Program-made: the position numbers and the translations under genes
Notes under the pieces: generated by a model
What the model was told of the DNA's origin: nothing
The model's database searches: none
Seen by the model: only the letters and a program-made list of their open reading frames with translations
In this document: piece by piece, positions 26,984-35,642 of the stretch
Layout: every line of letters starts with the position of its first letter
How positions within the stretch are numbered: the stretch's first letter is position 1
Assembly: GCA_964587835.1 (NCBI GenBank)
Contig: CAZPMN010000004.1
Location: 14,351 to 78,350 of the forward strand
Length of the DNA stretch: 64,000 bases
Reading direction: 5' to 3'
From: an uncultured bacterium
GTDB taxonomy: Bacteria > Auribacterota > Erginobacteria > Erginobacterales > Erginobacteraceae

Positions 26984-27709
26984 TCATCTCCCGGGGCGGG
27001 GAGATGGGATATCTTCCGCCGGTCCACCGAGAGATACGATTAGTTTTTCCAGCTCTCCGATCATAGTCAGCGGCTCCATCAGGATGGCGTCTTCGGAGAA
27101 ATGGATGACCGTCCAGCCTCGTTTTCTCAGCCAGCGGTCCCGCAAGCGGTCCTGCTGCTTCCGGGACGGTTGCTGGTGCCAGCGGCTATGATCGCACTCC
27201 AGGGCGATCCTGCCCTTCTGGCAGAAGATGGCGAAGTCGAGTCGGAACCGGCATCTTCGGCCTTCCCTGACCGCGAACTGGAAGCGGGCCGGTATCCCGG
27301 CGGCGTCAAGGGCCCTCCGGGCGATCTCTTCCAGGGGAGGGATGGCGAAGAGTTGGCCGATCTCCCGTGCCCGTAGGAGCCGGGAGAGGGTGGTGTAGGC
27401 GAAAGCCAGCCGGCGACGGAGCCGGTTCTGGACCGGCGGAGAGAGCTTTTTCCGCTCACCGAGTTCAAGTTTCCAATACCATTCCCCCGCTCGCAGATGA
27501 TCCGGCTCCCCGGGCAGGAGGCTGGCCCGCCGCCGTCTGGTGACCTTGGCGATCGGAGCGTACCAGCTGATTCGACCGCCTTCCCTCCCGCAGCGCTGGG
27601 TGGCGTAGAGAGCCAGATATTCCGCCCGCCGCCGCAGGCGGATCCGGGCGGGAATCCGGTACCAACCGTCCCTCACCGCCCTCTCCAGATCGTCTTTCCT
27701 CCTGACCAC
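26984..27709 (-). CDS. DUF559 (Vsr-like endonuclease fold) domain protein; start uncertain
   Basis: C-terminal FRLDFAIFCQKGRIALECDHSRWHQQPSRKQQDRLRDRWLRKRGWTVIHFSEDAI matches the DUF559 pattern. The track ORF extends to 27907 with an Arg/Pro-rich N-terminus overlapping the SBP gene by 92 nt. GTG at 27709 proposed. No ATG is available. Confidence 0.5.
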   Translation of the reverse strand: MVRRKDDLERAVRDGWYRIPARIRLRRRAEYLALYATQRCGREGGRISWYAPIAKVTRRRRASLLPGEPDHLRAGEWYWKLELGERKKLSPPVQNRLRRRLAFAYTTLSRLLRAREIGQLFAIPPLEEIARRALDAAGIPARFQFAVREGRRCRFRLDFAIFCQKGRIALECDHSRWHQQPSRKQQDRLRDRWLRKRGWTVIHFSEDAILMEPLTMIGELEKLIVSLGGPAEDIPSPRPGR

Positions 27710-27815
27710 CCCGATCAGGACGGTTCCCTGCTCTGTCTTGTCTGGGGAAGGAAATAAGCTTCCGGCCCTCCGGGCCGCCACAGGCGGCCGGGAGCCGCGT
27801 CCCCGACGGAAACGG

Positions 27816-29090
27816 TCAGCGGAGCCAGAGTTCGCCCTTGCGGAGGGCCGTCTCCAGGGATTCCCGGGGGGTGGACTTGCCGAGCAGGGCCGCCTTGACC
27901 GCGTCATTCAGATACTCCCGGATTTGGAGCCAGCGGGCCATTCTCGGTTCAAAGAAGGCCCATTCCATCTCCTCGACGGGGACCCGGCTGTCGGGCCGTC
28001 TCTGGAACTCCTCCCGCATCATCTCCAGTTCGAGGGAGGACCGCCGGATCGGCACGTAGCCGGTCCGCAGGGCCCAGCGGGCCGAATTCTCGGAATTGGT
28101 GAACCACTTGATGAATTCCCAGGCCGCTTGCTGGCGCCGGAGGGAGGAGCGGGAGAAGATCACGATGTTGGTCCCGTAGACCAGGGAACCCCGTTTCTGG
28201 CGGGCCGGGAGGGGGGCGATCCCCCAATCGAATTTGAGTTGCTTCCGCATGAAGGTTCTCGAGACGCAGGAGGCCACAATCATCGCCGTCTCGCCGGCGG
28301 CGAAATCCACCTGGTGCTGATAACCGCTGAGGTAAAAATCAGCGATCCGCTCCTTCCGAACCAGGTCAACCAGGAACTGGAGGGCCTCATCGCCTTGGGG
28401 CGAGGCAAAGAGCATCTCCTGGTCGGCCGGGTCGAAGATCTCCCCCCCGTTTTGAACCAGGAGACACTCGAAGTAGGTGGCGTGATCAGTGAATTTGAAG
28501 CCCCACTGGTTCGGCTGGCCGTCCCCGGTCAGATCCCGGGTCAGGACCCGGCAGGCTTCGGAGAATTCCGCCCAGGTCTCCGGCGGCCGGTCCGGGTTGA
28601 GCCCGGCCCGCCGGAAGAGATCCTTGTTGTAGTAGAGAACGGGGACCGATTTGTTAAAGGGGAGCGACATCAGTCTTCCCCCGTAGTGGCTGTTCTCAAC
28701 CAATACCGGGAAGAAATCCTCCTCCAGTTCTTGTTTGAAGTCGTCGGAGGCGAGTTCCCCCAGGTCGACCAGGGCCTCCCCCCCCATCAGGGTCGAGATC
28801 CAGGCTTCGTAGGCCTGGGCCAGATCGGGCTGGTTCCGGGCGACGATCGAGGCCAGGATCTTTTGTTTCAGGGCTTCGTAGCTGCCCATGCTCTGGGATT
28901 TGACGAAGATGTCGGGATGGGCGGCGTTGAACTCGTCTATCAGTTCATTGAGTACCTCCCCCAGCGGCCCTCCCATTGCGTGCCAGAAGCGTAAGGTTAT
29001 TTTTTCTTCCATCTTTTCGTCCGTTCCTTCGGAACAGCCGAAAAATGAAAGAAAAAAGATTAAAAAGATCAGGGAGACAAGATTTCTCAT
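27816..29090 (-). CDS. ABC transporter substrate-binding lipoprotein (carbohydrate, family 1 SBP)
   Basis: Lipobox LIFLIFFLSFFGCSEG; SBP_bac_1-like sequence. Internal ATG 29090 chosen; the region upstream of it (29091-29161) is AT-rich and intergenic. Confidence 0.8.
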   Translation of the reverse strand: MRNLVSLIFLIFFLSFFGCSEGTDEKMEEKITLRFWHAMGGPLGEVLNELIDEFNAAHPDIFVKSQSMGSYEALKQKILASIVARNQPDLAQAYEAWISTLMGGEALVDLGELASDDFKQELEEDFFPVLVENSHYGGRLMSLPFNKSVPVLYYNKDLFRRAGLNPDRPPETWAEFSEACRVLTRDLTGDGQPNQWGFKFTDHATYFECLLVQNGGEIFDPADQEMLFASPQGDEALQFLVDLVRKERIADFYLSGYQHQVDFAAGETAMIVASCVSRTFMRKQLKFDWGIAPLPARQKRGSLVYGTNIVIFSRSSLRRQQAAWEFIKWFTNSENSARWALRTGYVPIRRSSLELEMMREEFQRRPDSRVPVEEMEWAFFEPRMARWLQIREYLNDAVKAALLGKSTPRESLETALRKGELWLR

Positions 29091-29161
29091 GGTGCAATAA
29101 TGAAGAATCTGGTTCATTAGGATTTTTTTCAGGATGAAATTTTCGCAGAAAACTTCATCTA

Positions 29162-30475
29162 TCAACCTTTCATTCCGGAGCGGGTGATCCCCTCGACAAA
29201 ATGCTTCTGGGCCAGGAAGAAGATGACCAGGAGGGGAAGGACCGAGAAGGTGGAGGCGGCCATCAGAAGTTCCCAGTCGGTGCCGCTTTCCTGGTTGAAG
29301 ACCGCCAACCCGACCTGGAGCGGCCGCATCTCCGGAGTATTGGTCATCACCAGCGGCCAGAGGAGTTGGTTCCAGATCATGATAAAGGTAAAAAGCGATA
29401 CGGTCAGGATCACCGGGGCGGAGACCGGGAGGACGATCTGGAAGAGAGTCCGCAGCCGTCCGCAGCCGTCGATGCTGGCGGCGTCGAAGAGGTCCTGGGG
29501 TAGGGTCTCGAAATGCTGCCGCATAAAGTAGATGCCGAAGACCGCCCCCAGAAACGGGACCACCAGGGCGGCATAGGTGTTGACCCAGCCCAGCCAGGAG
29601 ATGATGGCGTAGTTGGGGATCAGGATTACCTGGCTGGGGATCATCATCGTGGCCAGGAGAAGAAGGAAGAGCGGTTCCTTGAGGGGAAACTTCATCCGGG
29701 CGAAGGCGTAGGCGGCCAGGGCTGAGGTGATCACCTGCCCGATGGTGACCAGAACGGAGACCAGCACGCTGTTGAAGAAGTAGCGGGCGAAGGGAGCCGC
29801 CTGCCAGGCTTTCTTGAAGTTCTCCCAGAGAAACCGTCTCCGGATGATCCGATCCCGGGAAACCGCGGTTACCTCTCCCCTCCTCTCTCCGGCCAGGATG
29901 ACCACCGGGACGGGTCGGGAGGGTTCAACCGCCTGCCCGGCGATCCGCCCGAGGTTCTCCCGGAGCCGCTCAAGTTCGTCCAGGAACCGCGCGCGGGCCG
30001 GGGGGGAAAGAATTTCCGGGATCCCGGAATCCCGCAGCCGGCGGTCGGCTTCATCGCTCAGGGCGGATATCCTCTTCTCGACCGCTTCGGGGGGACGGTA
30101 CCGGTTGAAGAACTTCTCGATCTCCAGCCGGAGGAAGCTGAAGGTATTGGTCAGGGTCGCCCGCAGCTCCGTCCGTCCCCTGATCTCACTGCCGATCGCC
30201 CCCGCGATTTCCCCTTCCCGAGCGGAGATCTCCCCCTCCAGGTCGAGGGAGAGGGCAAACTCCACCTGCTCCGGTTTTCCCTCCACTTCGATGTACTTCT
30301 TGGCTTCCGGGATCAGGGATACTCTCGCCGCCAGGACTTCCAGCGAGGACTTGAAAGAGGTGCTGATCATCCAGATAAAGGGGAAGACCATCGTCAAACT
30401 TCCCGCCAACAGGACCAGGTAGATCAGGAGCCGGGGGGAGATGATCTTGCCTTGGCTGGTTAATTGCTTCATCAC
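29162..30475 (-). CDS. Carbohydrate ABC transporter permease (MalG-like) with a large periplasmic insertion
   Basis: EAA loop DAASIDGCGRLRTLFQIVLPVSAPVI; multiple TMs. About 150-aa insert after TM1. Confidence 0.8.
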   Translation of the reverse strand: MMKQLTSQGKIISPRLLIYLVLLAGSLTMVFPFIWMISTSFKSSLEVLAARVSLIPEAKKYIEVEGKPEQVEFALSLDLEGEISAREGEIAGAIGSEIRGRTELRATLTNTFSFLRLEIEKFFNRYRPPEAVEKRISALSDEADRRLRDSGIPEILSPPARARFLDELERLRENLGRIAGQAVEPSRPVPVVILAGERRGEVTAVSRDRIIRRRFLWENFKKAWQAAPFARYFFNSVLVSVLVTIGQVITSALAAYAFARMKFPLKEPLFLLLLATMMIPSQVILIPNYAIISWLGWVNTYAALVVPFLGAVFGIYFMRQHFETLPQDLFDAASIDGCGRLRTLFQIVLPVSAPVILTVSLFTFIMIWNQLLWPLVMTNTPEMRPLQVGLAVFNQESGTDWELLMAASTFSVLPLLVIFFLAQKHFVEGITRSGMKG

Positions 30476-30490
30476 TGGTCGCTTTCCCGC

Positions 30491-31381
30491 CTAACTCTCG
30501 TAGGCGGCCTTTTTGCCGAGGACCTTCTTCTGTAGCACTGTCAGAAAGAGGATAATGAAGAAGAGCACGTAGGCGATCGCGCAGGCGTAGCCGAAGAGGT
30601 TGTTATTGAAGGCGGTCCGATAGAGGTAGAAAACCCCTGTGGTGGTGGATTGGAGCGGCCCGCCGCCGGGGGTGAGGATAAAGACCGGAACGAACATCTG
30701 GAAGGAAAAGATGGTGGAGATGGTGAGGAGGAAGAGCGTGGTCGGAAAGAGGAGCGGCCAGGTGATGAAACGGAACTTGGCCAGGGCGTTGGCCCCGTCG
30801 ATATCGGCGGCTTCGTAGTAGGAGGAGTTGATGTCCAGCAGCCGGGTCAGGAAGATCAGGATATTGAAGCCCATTGTCTTCCAGACAATGAAGAGGATGA
30901 TCGCGACCCGGGCCCAGGTGGGGTCCTGGAGCCACCGGATCTCACCGGGATCGGCCCCGAAGAGGGATCCGACGGCGTTGATGACCAGGTTGAGCAGTCC
31001 CCGGGGCTGAAGGATCCAGCGCCAGACAATGGCGATGGCGGTCATCGAGGCTATGTAGGGTATGAAGAAGGCGGTCCGAAAGAAACCGAGGCCGCGAATC
31101 TTCTTGCTCAACAGGACCGCCACCAGAAGGGAAAGGCCGAGTCCGAAGACGATTGATCCCAGGGAGAAGATGGCGGTATTGAGGAGGGAGAGGAGGAATT
31201 CCGAATCCTGAATGAGGATCAGGTAGTTTCTCAGGCCGATAAACTCGGAGGGGGAGACCATATCCCAGCGGAAGAAGCTGAGATAGAGGGCGTAGAACAT
31301 CGGGAGAATGAGAAAGACCAGGATCACCACGAAGGCGGGGAGGATGTAGAGCAAAGGACTGAATTTCGCGAGTCTGCTCAT
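30491..31381 (-). CDS. Carbohydrate ABC transporter permease (MalF/UgpA-like)
   Basis: EAA loop EAADIDGANALAKFRFITWPLLFPT; six TMs. Confidence 0.8.
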   Translation of the reverse strand: MSRLAKFSPLLYILPAFVVILVFLILPMFYALYLSFFRWDMVSPSEFIGLRNYLILIQDSEFLLSLLNTAIFSLGSIVFGLGLSLLVAVLLSKKIRGLGFFRTAFFIPYIASMTAIAIVWRWILQPRGLLNLVINAVGSLFGADPGEIRWLQDPTWARVAIILFIVWKTMGFNILIFLTRLLDINSSYYEAADIDGANALAKFRFITWPLLFPTTLFLLTISTIFSFQMFVPVFILTPGGGPLQSTTTGVFYLYRTAFNNNLFGYACAIAYVLFFIILFLTVLQKKVLGKKAAYES

Positions 31382-31392
31382 GGTCAGCTCAC

Positions 31393-31420
31393 CGCTTACT
31401 GCTTACTGCTTACTGCTTAT
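31393..31420. repeat. Heptanucleotide tandem repeat (plus strand cgcttac tgcttac tgcttac tgcttat; minus strand aagcagt aagcagt aagcagt aagcggt) spanning the stop of gene 31410..33272; gives stops in all three frames on the coding strand
   Basis: Read directly: four 7-nt units. The TAA of the upstream gene lies inside a unit, and TAA/TGA recur in all three frames across the 29-nt spacer before the next start (31381). Confidence 0.6.
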
Positions 31421-33272
31421 CGTCCTCCCCCACCCTCGCCGCCCGTTCCCGATGATAGGCGGCCAATCCCACGTCACCCGCAGCCTCAAAATAGAAGGCG
31501 AGGTTCTTCCGGTCTCGAACCGAGTTCGGATTGAGTTCCACCGCCCGTTGGAGGTGGTGGTAAAGCTGCTGGTTCTCGCCCTCTTCCCGGCTAGGGTCCG
31601 CCAGCAAGGAATGGGCCCGCCAGGAAATGGGGTCAATGGCCAGCGCACTCTGTCCTGCTTCCCGGGCCCGTTGCCGCTCACCCTGTTCCAGGTACAGACT
31701 GCAGAGGCGCAGGTCGGGTTCGGGGCTGTACGGCTCCCTCTCTTTCGCCTTCCGGTAGTGTCGTTCCGCCGCCGCCGGATCTCCTTTGTCCGCGGCGATC
31801 GATCCCAGGACCAGTTCAGCCCCCGCGAGTTCGGGATGAAGTGTCAGCGCCTGTTCCGCCAGTTTCCGGGCCTGGGTTGCCTTCCCCTCCATATTCGCCT
31901 TTTGTGCCCGAAAGAGCAAGCGATTTGTCTCGGAGCGCATCTCCACCCGGTGCCGGGAACGGGTGGCGAGGACCAGGAAGGGAAGCAGGATGGCCGCCGC
32001 GGCTACCCGCTTCATCCTCCGTTCCCTCAGGGAGCGCCAGAGAAAGATGATCGTTCCGGCCGCCGGGACGGCCAGGGCCGGAACCATCAGCAGCCGGCTT
32101 CTCCCCCGGAAGAAGAAAATGATTATCGCTGCCGCCTGGGCTGCCAGGTAGAAGAAGAACGGCTGCCCGGCCGGGCGTTGCCGGCAGAGAAGGAAGATGC
32201 CCAGCAGGGCCGGGGGGAGAATTATTCCGAAGCAGAGCAGCGGCAGACCGAAGAGCCTCCAGGCTTTCCCGGCCTCGGCCTCGGTGCCGAGATCGAAATA
32301 TTCCCGGGGGCTGAAGATCAGTCGGAACTTCCTGCCCAAAAGTCGCAGCTCCTCCCCGGGATGGTTGGTCAGGTAAAGCCATCCTTCCCGGAACCAGAAA
32401 CGGGAAACCCCGGCGGCATCCAGTTCCCGGCCGGTCCGTCTCTCGGCTTCCCGGCGGCTGTCGGTGATGATCCCGGTGGCTGAGGGGGTGAGGAAGAGCG
32501 GCGTTCGGAAACCACCGTTGGCCTCCGGATTGTTCCCGATATAGAAATTGATCCCCGAATGGGCGGTCAGGAGGACCGGCCCCCTGGACCTCCGACTGTT
32601 TCGGGCCGCGTACGGCAGCAGAACCGCCAGGATGCCGATGACGGTCAAAACCTCTCTCCAGAACAGTGCTGGTCCCCTCCCCCGCTCCCGGGGGATCCGG
32701 AAGAGGATCAGGAGAAGGGCGAAGAGCAAATTGCCGGGGGCGAAGATCGACGCCAGTCCGAGGAGAAATCCGCCGACCAACCAGGACAGGAGGTGTCCGG
32801 ACTTGGGCAGGTATGTCCACCAGGCCAGGGCGAGCAGGGAGAAGAAGAGGGCCGGGCCGGTCGGAAGCAGCCGGTTCTCAAAAAAGATGATCGGACCGTA
32901 GAAGACCACGATCAGCCCAGCCAGCAACCCTCCCCCCGGCCCCAATAATTTCCGGCCGATCAGGAAGGTCAACCCGCAGCCCAGTCCGCCCAGAAGGGCT
33001 TGAAAGGCCCAGACCAGTTTAGGACGTCTCCCCGCCGTTCGGTAGATGGTCGTCAGCAGGCTCGGATAACCGGGAAGGGCGTAAATTTCTCCCGGAAAGA
33101 ACGACCGCCCGGCCGCGTGAGCCGCGGCCAGGCGGTCGTAGTTGTACTCGTCCATCCCGGCGGGGAAGTCGTACCGGTTGGGATCAAACGCCCGCTCCGC
33201 CTGGAAAGCCCCCCGGACTGCTAACCCCAGCAGGGACACCGCCAGGAAGATCAGGATGTTCCTCTTCTCCAA
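31410..33272 (-). CDS. GT-C fold membrane glycosyltransferase (GT39/GT83, PMT/ArnT-like, with DE motif) fused to C-terminal TPR repeats
   Basis: N-terminal polytopic region with MDEYNYDRL (DE motif in loop 1) and many TMs. C-terminal TPR units (ARKLAEQALTLHPELAGAELVLGSIAADKGDPAAAERHYRKAKEREPYSPEPDLRL...). Confidence 0.7.
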   Translation of the reverse strand: MEKRNILIFLAVSLLGLAVRGAFQAERAFDPNRYDFPAGMDEYNYDRLAAAHAAGRSFFPGEIYALPGYPSLLTTIYRTAGRRPKLVWAFQALLGGLGCGLTFLIGRKLLGPGGGLLAGLIVVFYGPIIFFENRLLPTGPALFFSLLALAWWTYLPKSGHLLSWLVGGFLLGLASIFAPGNLLFALLLILFRIPRERGRGPALFWREVLTVIGILAVLLPYAARNSRRSRGPVLLTAHSGINFYIGNNPEANGGFRTPLFLTPSATGIITDSRREAERRTGRELDAAGVSRFWFREGWLYLTNHPGEELRLLGRKFRLIFSPREYFDLGTEAEAGKAWRLFGLPLLCFGIILPPALLGIFLLCRQRPAGQPFFFYLAAQAAAIIIFFFRGRSRLLMVPALAVPAAGTIIFLWRSLRERRMKRVAAAAILLPFLVLATRSRHRVEMRSETNRLLFRAQKANMEGKATQARKLAEQALTLHPELAGAELVLGSIAADKGDPAAAERHYRKAKEREPYSPEPDLRLCSLYLEQGERQRAREAGQSALAIDPISWRAHSLLADPSREEGENQQLYHHLQRAVELNPNSVRDRKNLAFYFEAAGDVGLAAYHRERAARVGEDDKQ

Positions 33273-33608
33273 TTACGCTTCCGGAGTCACTTCTCCGCCG
33301 GAGGTCTTACCCGGGGCGAGATTCTCCCGGATTGTATTCAGGTTCTCGGCGATCCGAAAGATGACGATGATCAGTTCCAGGTAGATCCTGGCCAGCAGCA
33401 TCATAACCAGGTAGATCACCGGGGAGAGGATTAAGAAGATCAATCCCATCCACCAGGATTCGCTGGCAAACCCGGTGATAATCATCACAATAACCCAGAT
33501 CCCCACTCCGACCATGGCCAGACCGAGCAGGAACTTGATCACCTTGGTGGTGACAAAATCCGAAAATGAGAAATCAAATATTGTCCTCAGAAAGCCTTTT
33601 TCCTGCAT
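33273..33608 (-). CDS. DUF4282-like small membrane protein
   Basis: LRTIFDFSFSDFVTTKVIKFLLGLAMVGVGIWVIVMI...ARIYLELIIVIFRIAENL. Confidence 0.55.
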   Translation of the reverse strand: MQEKGFLRTIFDFSFSDFVTTKVIKFLLGLAMVGVGIWVIVMIITGFASESWWMGLIFLILSPVIYLVMMLLARIYLELIIVIFRIAENLNTIRENLAPGKTSGGEVTPEA

Positions 33609-33652
33609 CGCCGATCCTCCTTGGTTTGGCCCGCGAAACCGATCGGGCCGGT

Positions 33653-34063
33653 TTAGGGGTTGACGTTGGTCAGGGACATAGTATCAAAATCTATCCGCCG
33701 GTAGTAGCAATTTCTTGCTTCTCCGAGGCGGTTTTTCGTATGGCAGATCCCTCCCCGGCGGGGCCGGACCCGGTAGAGGAGCGAGTTCTGCTCGCAGTTA
33801 ACGTAGGCCTCCACCAGCTCGAAGGTCTCCCCCGAGGTCTTGCCCTTCTCCCAGAGTTTGTTGCGGGAGGTGGACCAGAGAACCAGGGAGCGGGAAGCGA
33901 ATGACTTTCTCATCGCCTCCTCGTTGGTGTAGGCGACCAGGATCACCTCCCCGGTCCCGATATCCTGGACCGCCACCGGAATTACGTCCGGGCAATTCTC
34001 CGATACCTTCCGGATCTTGCCGAAATCCAGTTTCAGTTCCTTCCCTTCCTCCAGTTCCTTCAC
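33653..34063 (-). CDS. hisI: Phosphoribosyl-AMP cyclohydrolase
   Basis: LVLWSTSRNKLWEKGKTSGETFELVEAYVNCEQNSLLYRV...ICHTKNRL...CYY signature. GTG start with AAAGGAG RBS. Confidence 0.8.
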   Translation of the reverse strand: MKELEEGKELKLDFGKIRKVSENCPDVIPVAVQDIGTGEVILVAYTNEEAMRKSFASRSLVLWSTSRNKLWEKGKTSGETFELVEAYVNCEQNSLLYRVRPRRGGICHTKNRLGEARNCYYRRIDFDTMSLTNVNP

Positions 34064-34080
34064 AATTTCTCCTTTGCCGT

Positions 34081-34140
34081 CACTGCTTACCGCTTACTGC
34101 TCACTGCTTCCCGATTACTGATTGCCGATTACTGATTACT
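34081..34140. repeat. Degenerate heptad tandem repeats filling the hisA-hisI spacer (minus strand: TAATAAG TAATCAG TAATCGG CAATCAG TAATCGG GAAGCAG TGAGCAG TAAGCGG TAAGCAG TGA...)
   Basis: Read directly at 34081-34140: about 8 units of 7 nt. The hisA stop lies inside the array, and there are multiple TAA/TGA in all frames on the coding (minus) strand. Confidence 0.6.
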
Positions 34141-34867
34141 TATTACCCGCCGCCGCCCGGATCGCTTCCGACAAATCCAGCGTCCCCGCGTAGATCGCCT
34201 TCCCGGTGATAACCCCGGCCAGCCCTTTTCTTTCCAGTTTCTTCAGGTTGCGGATGTCTTCCAGGTTGGAGACCCCCCCGGCGGCGATAACCTGCAATCC
34301 GGTCTGTTCCAGAAAATTCTCCAGCGCGGTTAGGTTCGGCCCCTCCAGTGTCCCGTCGGCGGTGGTGTCGGTGTGGATGACCAGGGTGAAGCCGATCTTC
34401 TTCAGGTCTTGGCCCAGATCCTCCGCCTTCAGTTCGGTCTTCTCCTCCCAGCCCCGGACCATCACTCTCCCGTCCCGGGCGTCGATCGAGGGAATGACCC
34501 GGTCCCGGAATTCCCGGTGGATCTCCACCAGGAAATCGGGGTCGTTAACCGCCCTGCTGCCCACGATCACCCGGTTCACTCCCCCGGCCAGGAGCGTCTC
34601 GATCGTCTCCGGGTTCCTCACTCCACCCCCCAGTTCTACCGGGATGGAGACAGCGGAGATAATCTCCCTCACGGCCTTGAGGTTGCGAGGCTCCCCGGCA
34701 AAGGCCCCGTCGAGATCGACCACGTGGAGGAACTCCGCCCCTTCCCCCGCCCATCTCCGGGCCATCGCGGCCGGGTCCTCGGAGTAGACCGTCTCCCGAT
34801 CCGCCTTTCCCTGGTAAAGCCGGACGCAGCGCCCGGATTTAATATCGATTGCCGGCAGTATGATCAT
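34136..34867 (-). CDS. hisA: ProFAR isomerase (1-(5-phosphoribosyl)-5-[(5-phosphoribosylamino)methylideneamino]imidazole-4-carboxamide isomerase)
   Basis: MIILPAIDIKSGRCVRLYQG...VDLDGA...VELGGGVR...IAAGGVSNLEDI are HisA/HisF TIM-barrel signatures. Confidence 0.85.
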   Translation of the reverse strand: MIILPAIDIKSGRCVRLYQGKADRETVYSEDPAAMARRWAGEGAEFLHVVDLDGAFAGEPRNLKAVREIISAVSIPVELGGGVRNPETIETLLAGGVNRVIVGSRAVNDPDFLVEIHREFRDRVIPSIDARDGRVMVRGWEEKTELKAEDLGQDLKKIGFTLVIHTDTTADGTLEGPNLTALENFLEQTGLQVIAAGGVSNLEDIRNLKKLERKGLAGVITGKAIYAGTLDLSEAIRAAAGNK

Positions 34868-34874
34868 AGTTCTG

Positions 34875-34902
34875 TTTACTGCTCACTGCTTACCGCTCAC
34901 TG
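34875..34902. repeat. Four heptad units (minus strand CAGTGAG CGGTAAG CAGTGAG CAGTAAA) exactly filling the hisB-hisA spacer
   Basis: Plus strand tttactg ctcactg cttaccg ctcactg at 34875-34902, between the hisB stop (34913-34915) and the hisA ATG (34865-34867). Confidence 0.6.
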
Positions 34903-34912
34903 TTCCCCGACC

Positions 34913-35503
34913 CTACATCTTCCCCTTGGTCGAAGGCACCCCCTTGACCCGGGGATCAATCTCCACCGCCTCCCGCAGGGCCCGGCCCAGCCCCTTGAAG
35001 ACCGCTTCGATGGTGTGATGGACGTCCTCCCCGTAAAGGACGTTGATATGGAGGGCGAAGCGGCCCTCGGCGGTGAGGGCGCGAAAGAATTCCTTGAAGA
35101 GTCCGACGTTGAAATCCCCGATCTTGATCCGGCGGATTTTTGGGTTGTAGACCAGGAAACTCCGTCCCCCGATATCCACCGCCACCCCCGCTAGGGCCTC
35201 GTCCATCGGCAGGGAGGCCGACCCGTACCTGGCGATTCCCTGCTTCTCTCCCAGGGCCTGCAAGAGAGCCCGGCCCAGGCAGATCCCCAGGTCCTCGACC
35301 GTGTGATGATAATCCACCTCGAGGTCGCCCCGCGCCTTGACCTTGAGGTCAAAAAGGCCGTGGCGGCCGAAGAGTTCCAGCATATGATCGAAGAAAGGGA
35401 TCCCCGTATCGATCGCCGTCTTCCCCTCGCCGTCCAGGTTCAGCTGAATGGATATATCAGTCTCTTTGGTCTTTCTCTGCACCCGGGATAATCTTTTCTT
35501 CAT
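34913..35503 (-). CDS. hisB: Imidazoleglycerol-phosphate dehydratase
   Basis: RKTKETDISIQLNLDG...IPFFDHMLELFGRHG...DYHHTVEDLGICLG are IGPD metal-binding motifs. ATG 35503 has an AAGGA RBS; the track GTG is at 35509. Confidence 0.85.
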   Translation of the reverse strand: MKKRLSRVQRKTKETDISIQLNLDGEGKTAIDTGIPFFDHMLELFGRHGLFDLKVKARGDLEVDYHHTVEDLGICLGRALLQALGEKQGIARYGSASLPMDEALAGVAVDIGGRSFLVYNPKIRRIKIGDFNVGLFKEFFRALTAEGRFALHINVLYGEDVHHTIEAVFKGLGRALREAVEIDPRVKGVPSTKGKM

Positions 35504-35518
35504 AATCACCGTTCCTTT

Positions 35519-35546
35519 TAACCCGATTTATTCATAAATCGGGTTA
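35519..35546. promoter_or_regulatory. Perfect 13-bp inverted repeat (TAACCCGATTTAT tc ATAAATCGGGTTA) immediately upstream of the hisB RBS, in the 168-nt hisC-hisB spacer
   Basis: Read at 35519-35546. Not followed by a U-tract on either strand, so an operator or RNA hairpin is more likely than a terminator. Confidence 0.35.
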
Positions 35547-35593
35547 GTAAGCTCCCACTGGTCTTGCCGAACCACTGCCGGAATACCGGCACT

Positions 35594-35642
35594 TGGAAAT
35601 TGGATATTCCTTGTTGGATATTGGATATTCAGATATTCAATA
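35594..35642. repeat. TTGGATA-type heptad direct repeats (about 6 units) in the hisC-hisB spacer
   Basis: ttggaaa ttggata ttccttg ttggata ttggata ttcagata ttcaata read at 35594-35642. Confidence 0.45.

Noticed and set aside
31393-34902. Heptad tandem arrays as possible CRISPR arrays
   Set aside because: Units are 7 nt with no spacers, array length is only 28-60 nt, and no cas genes are present. They are microsatellite-like spacers, not CRISPR.
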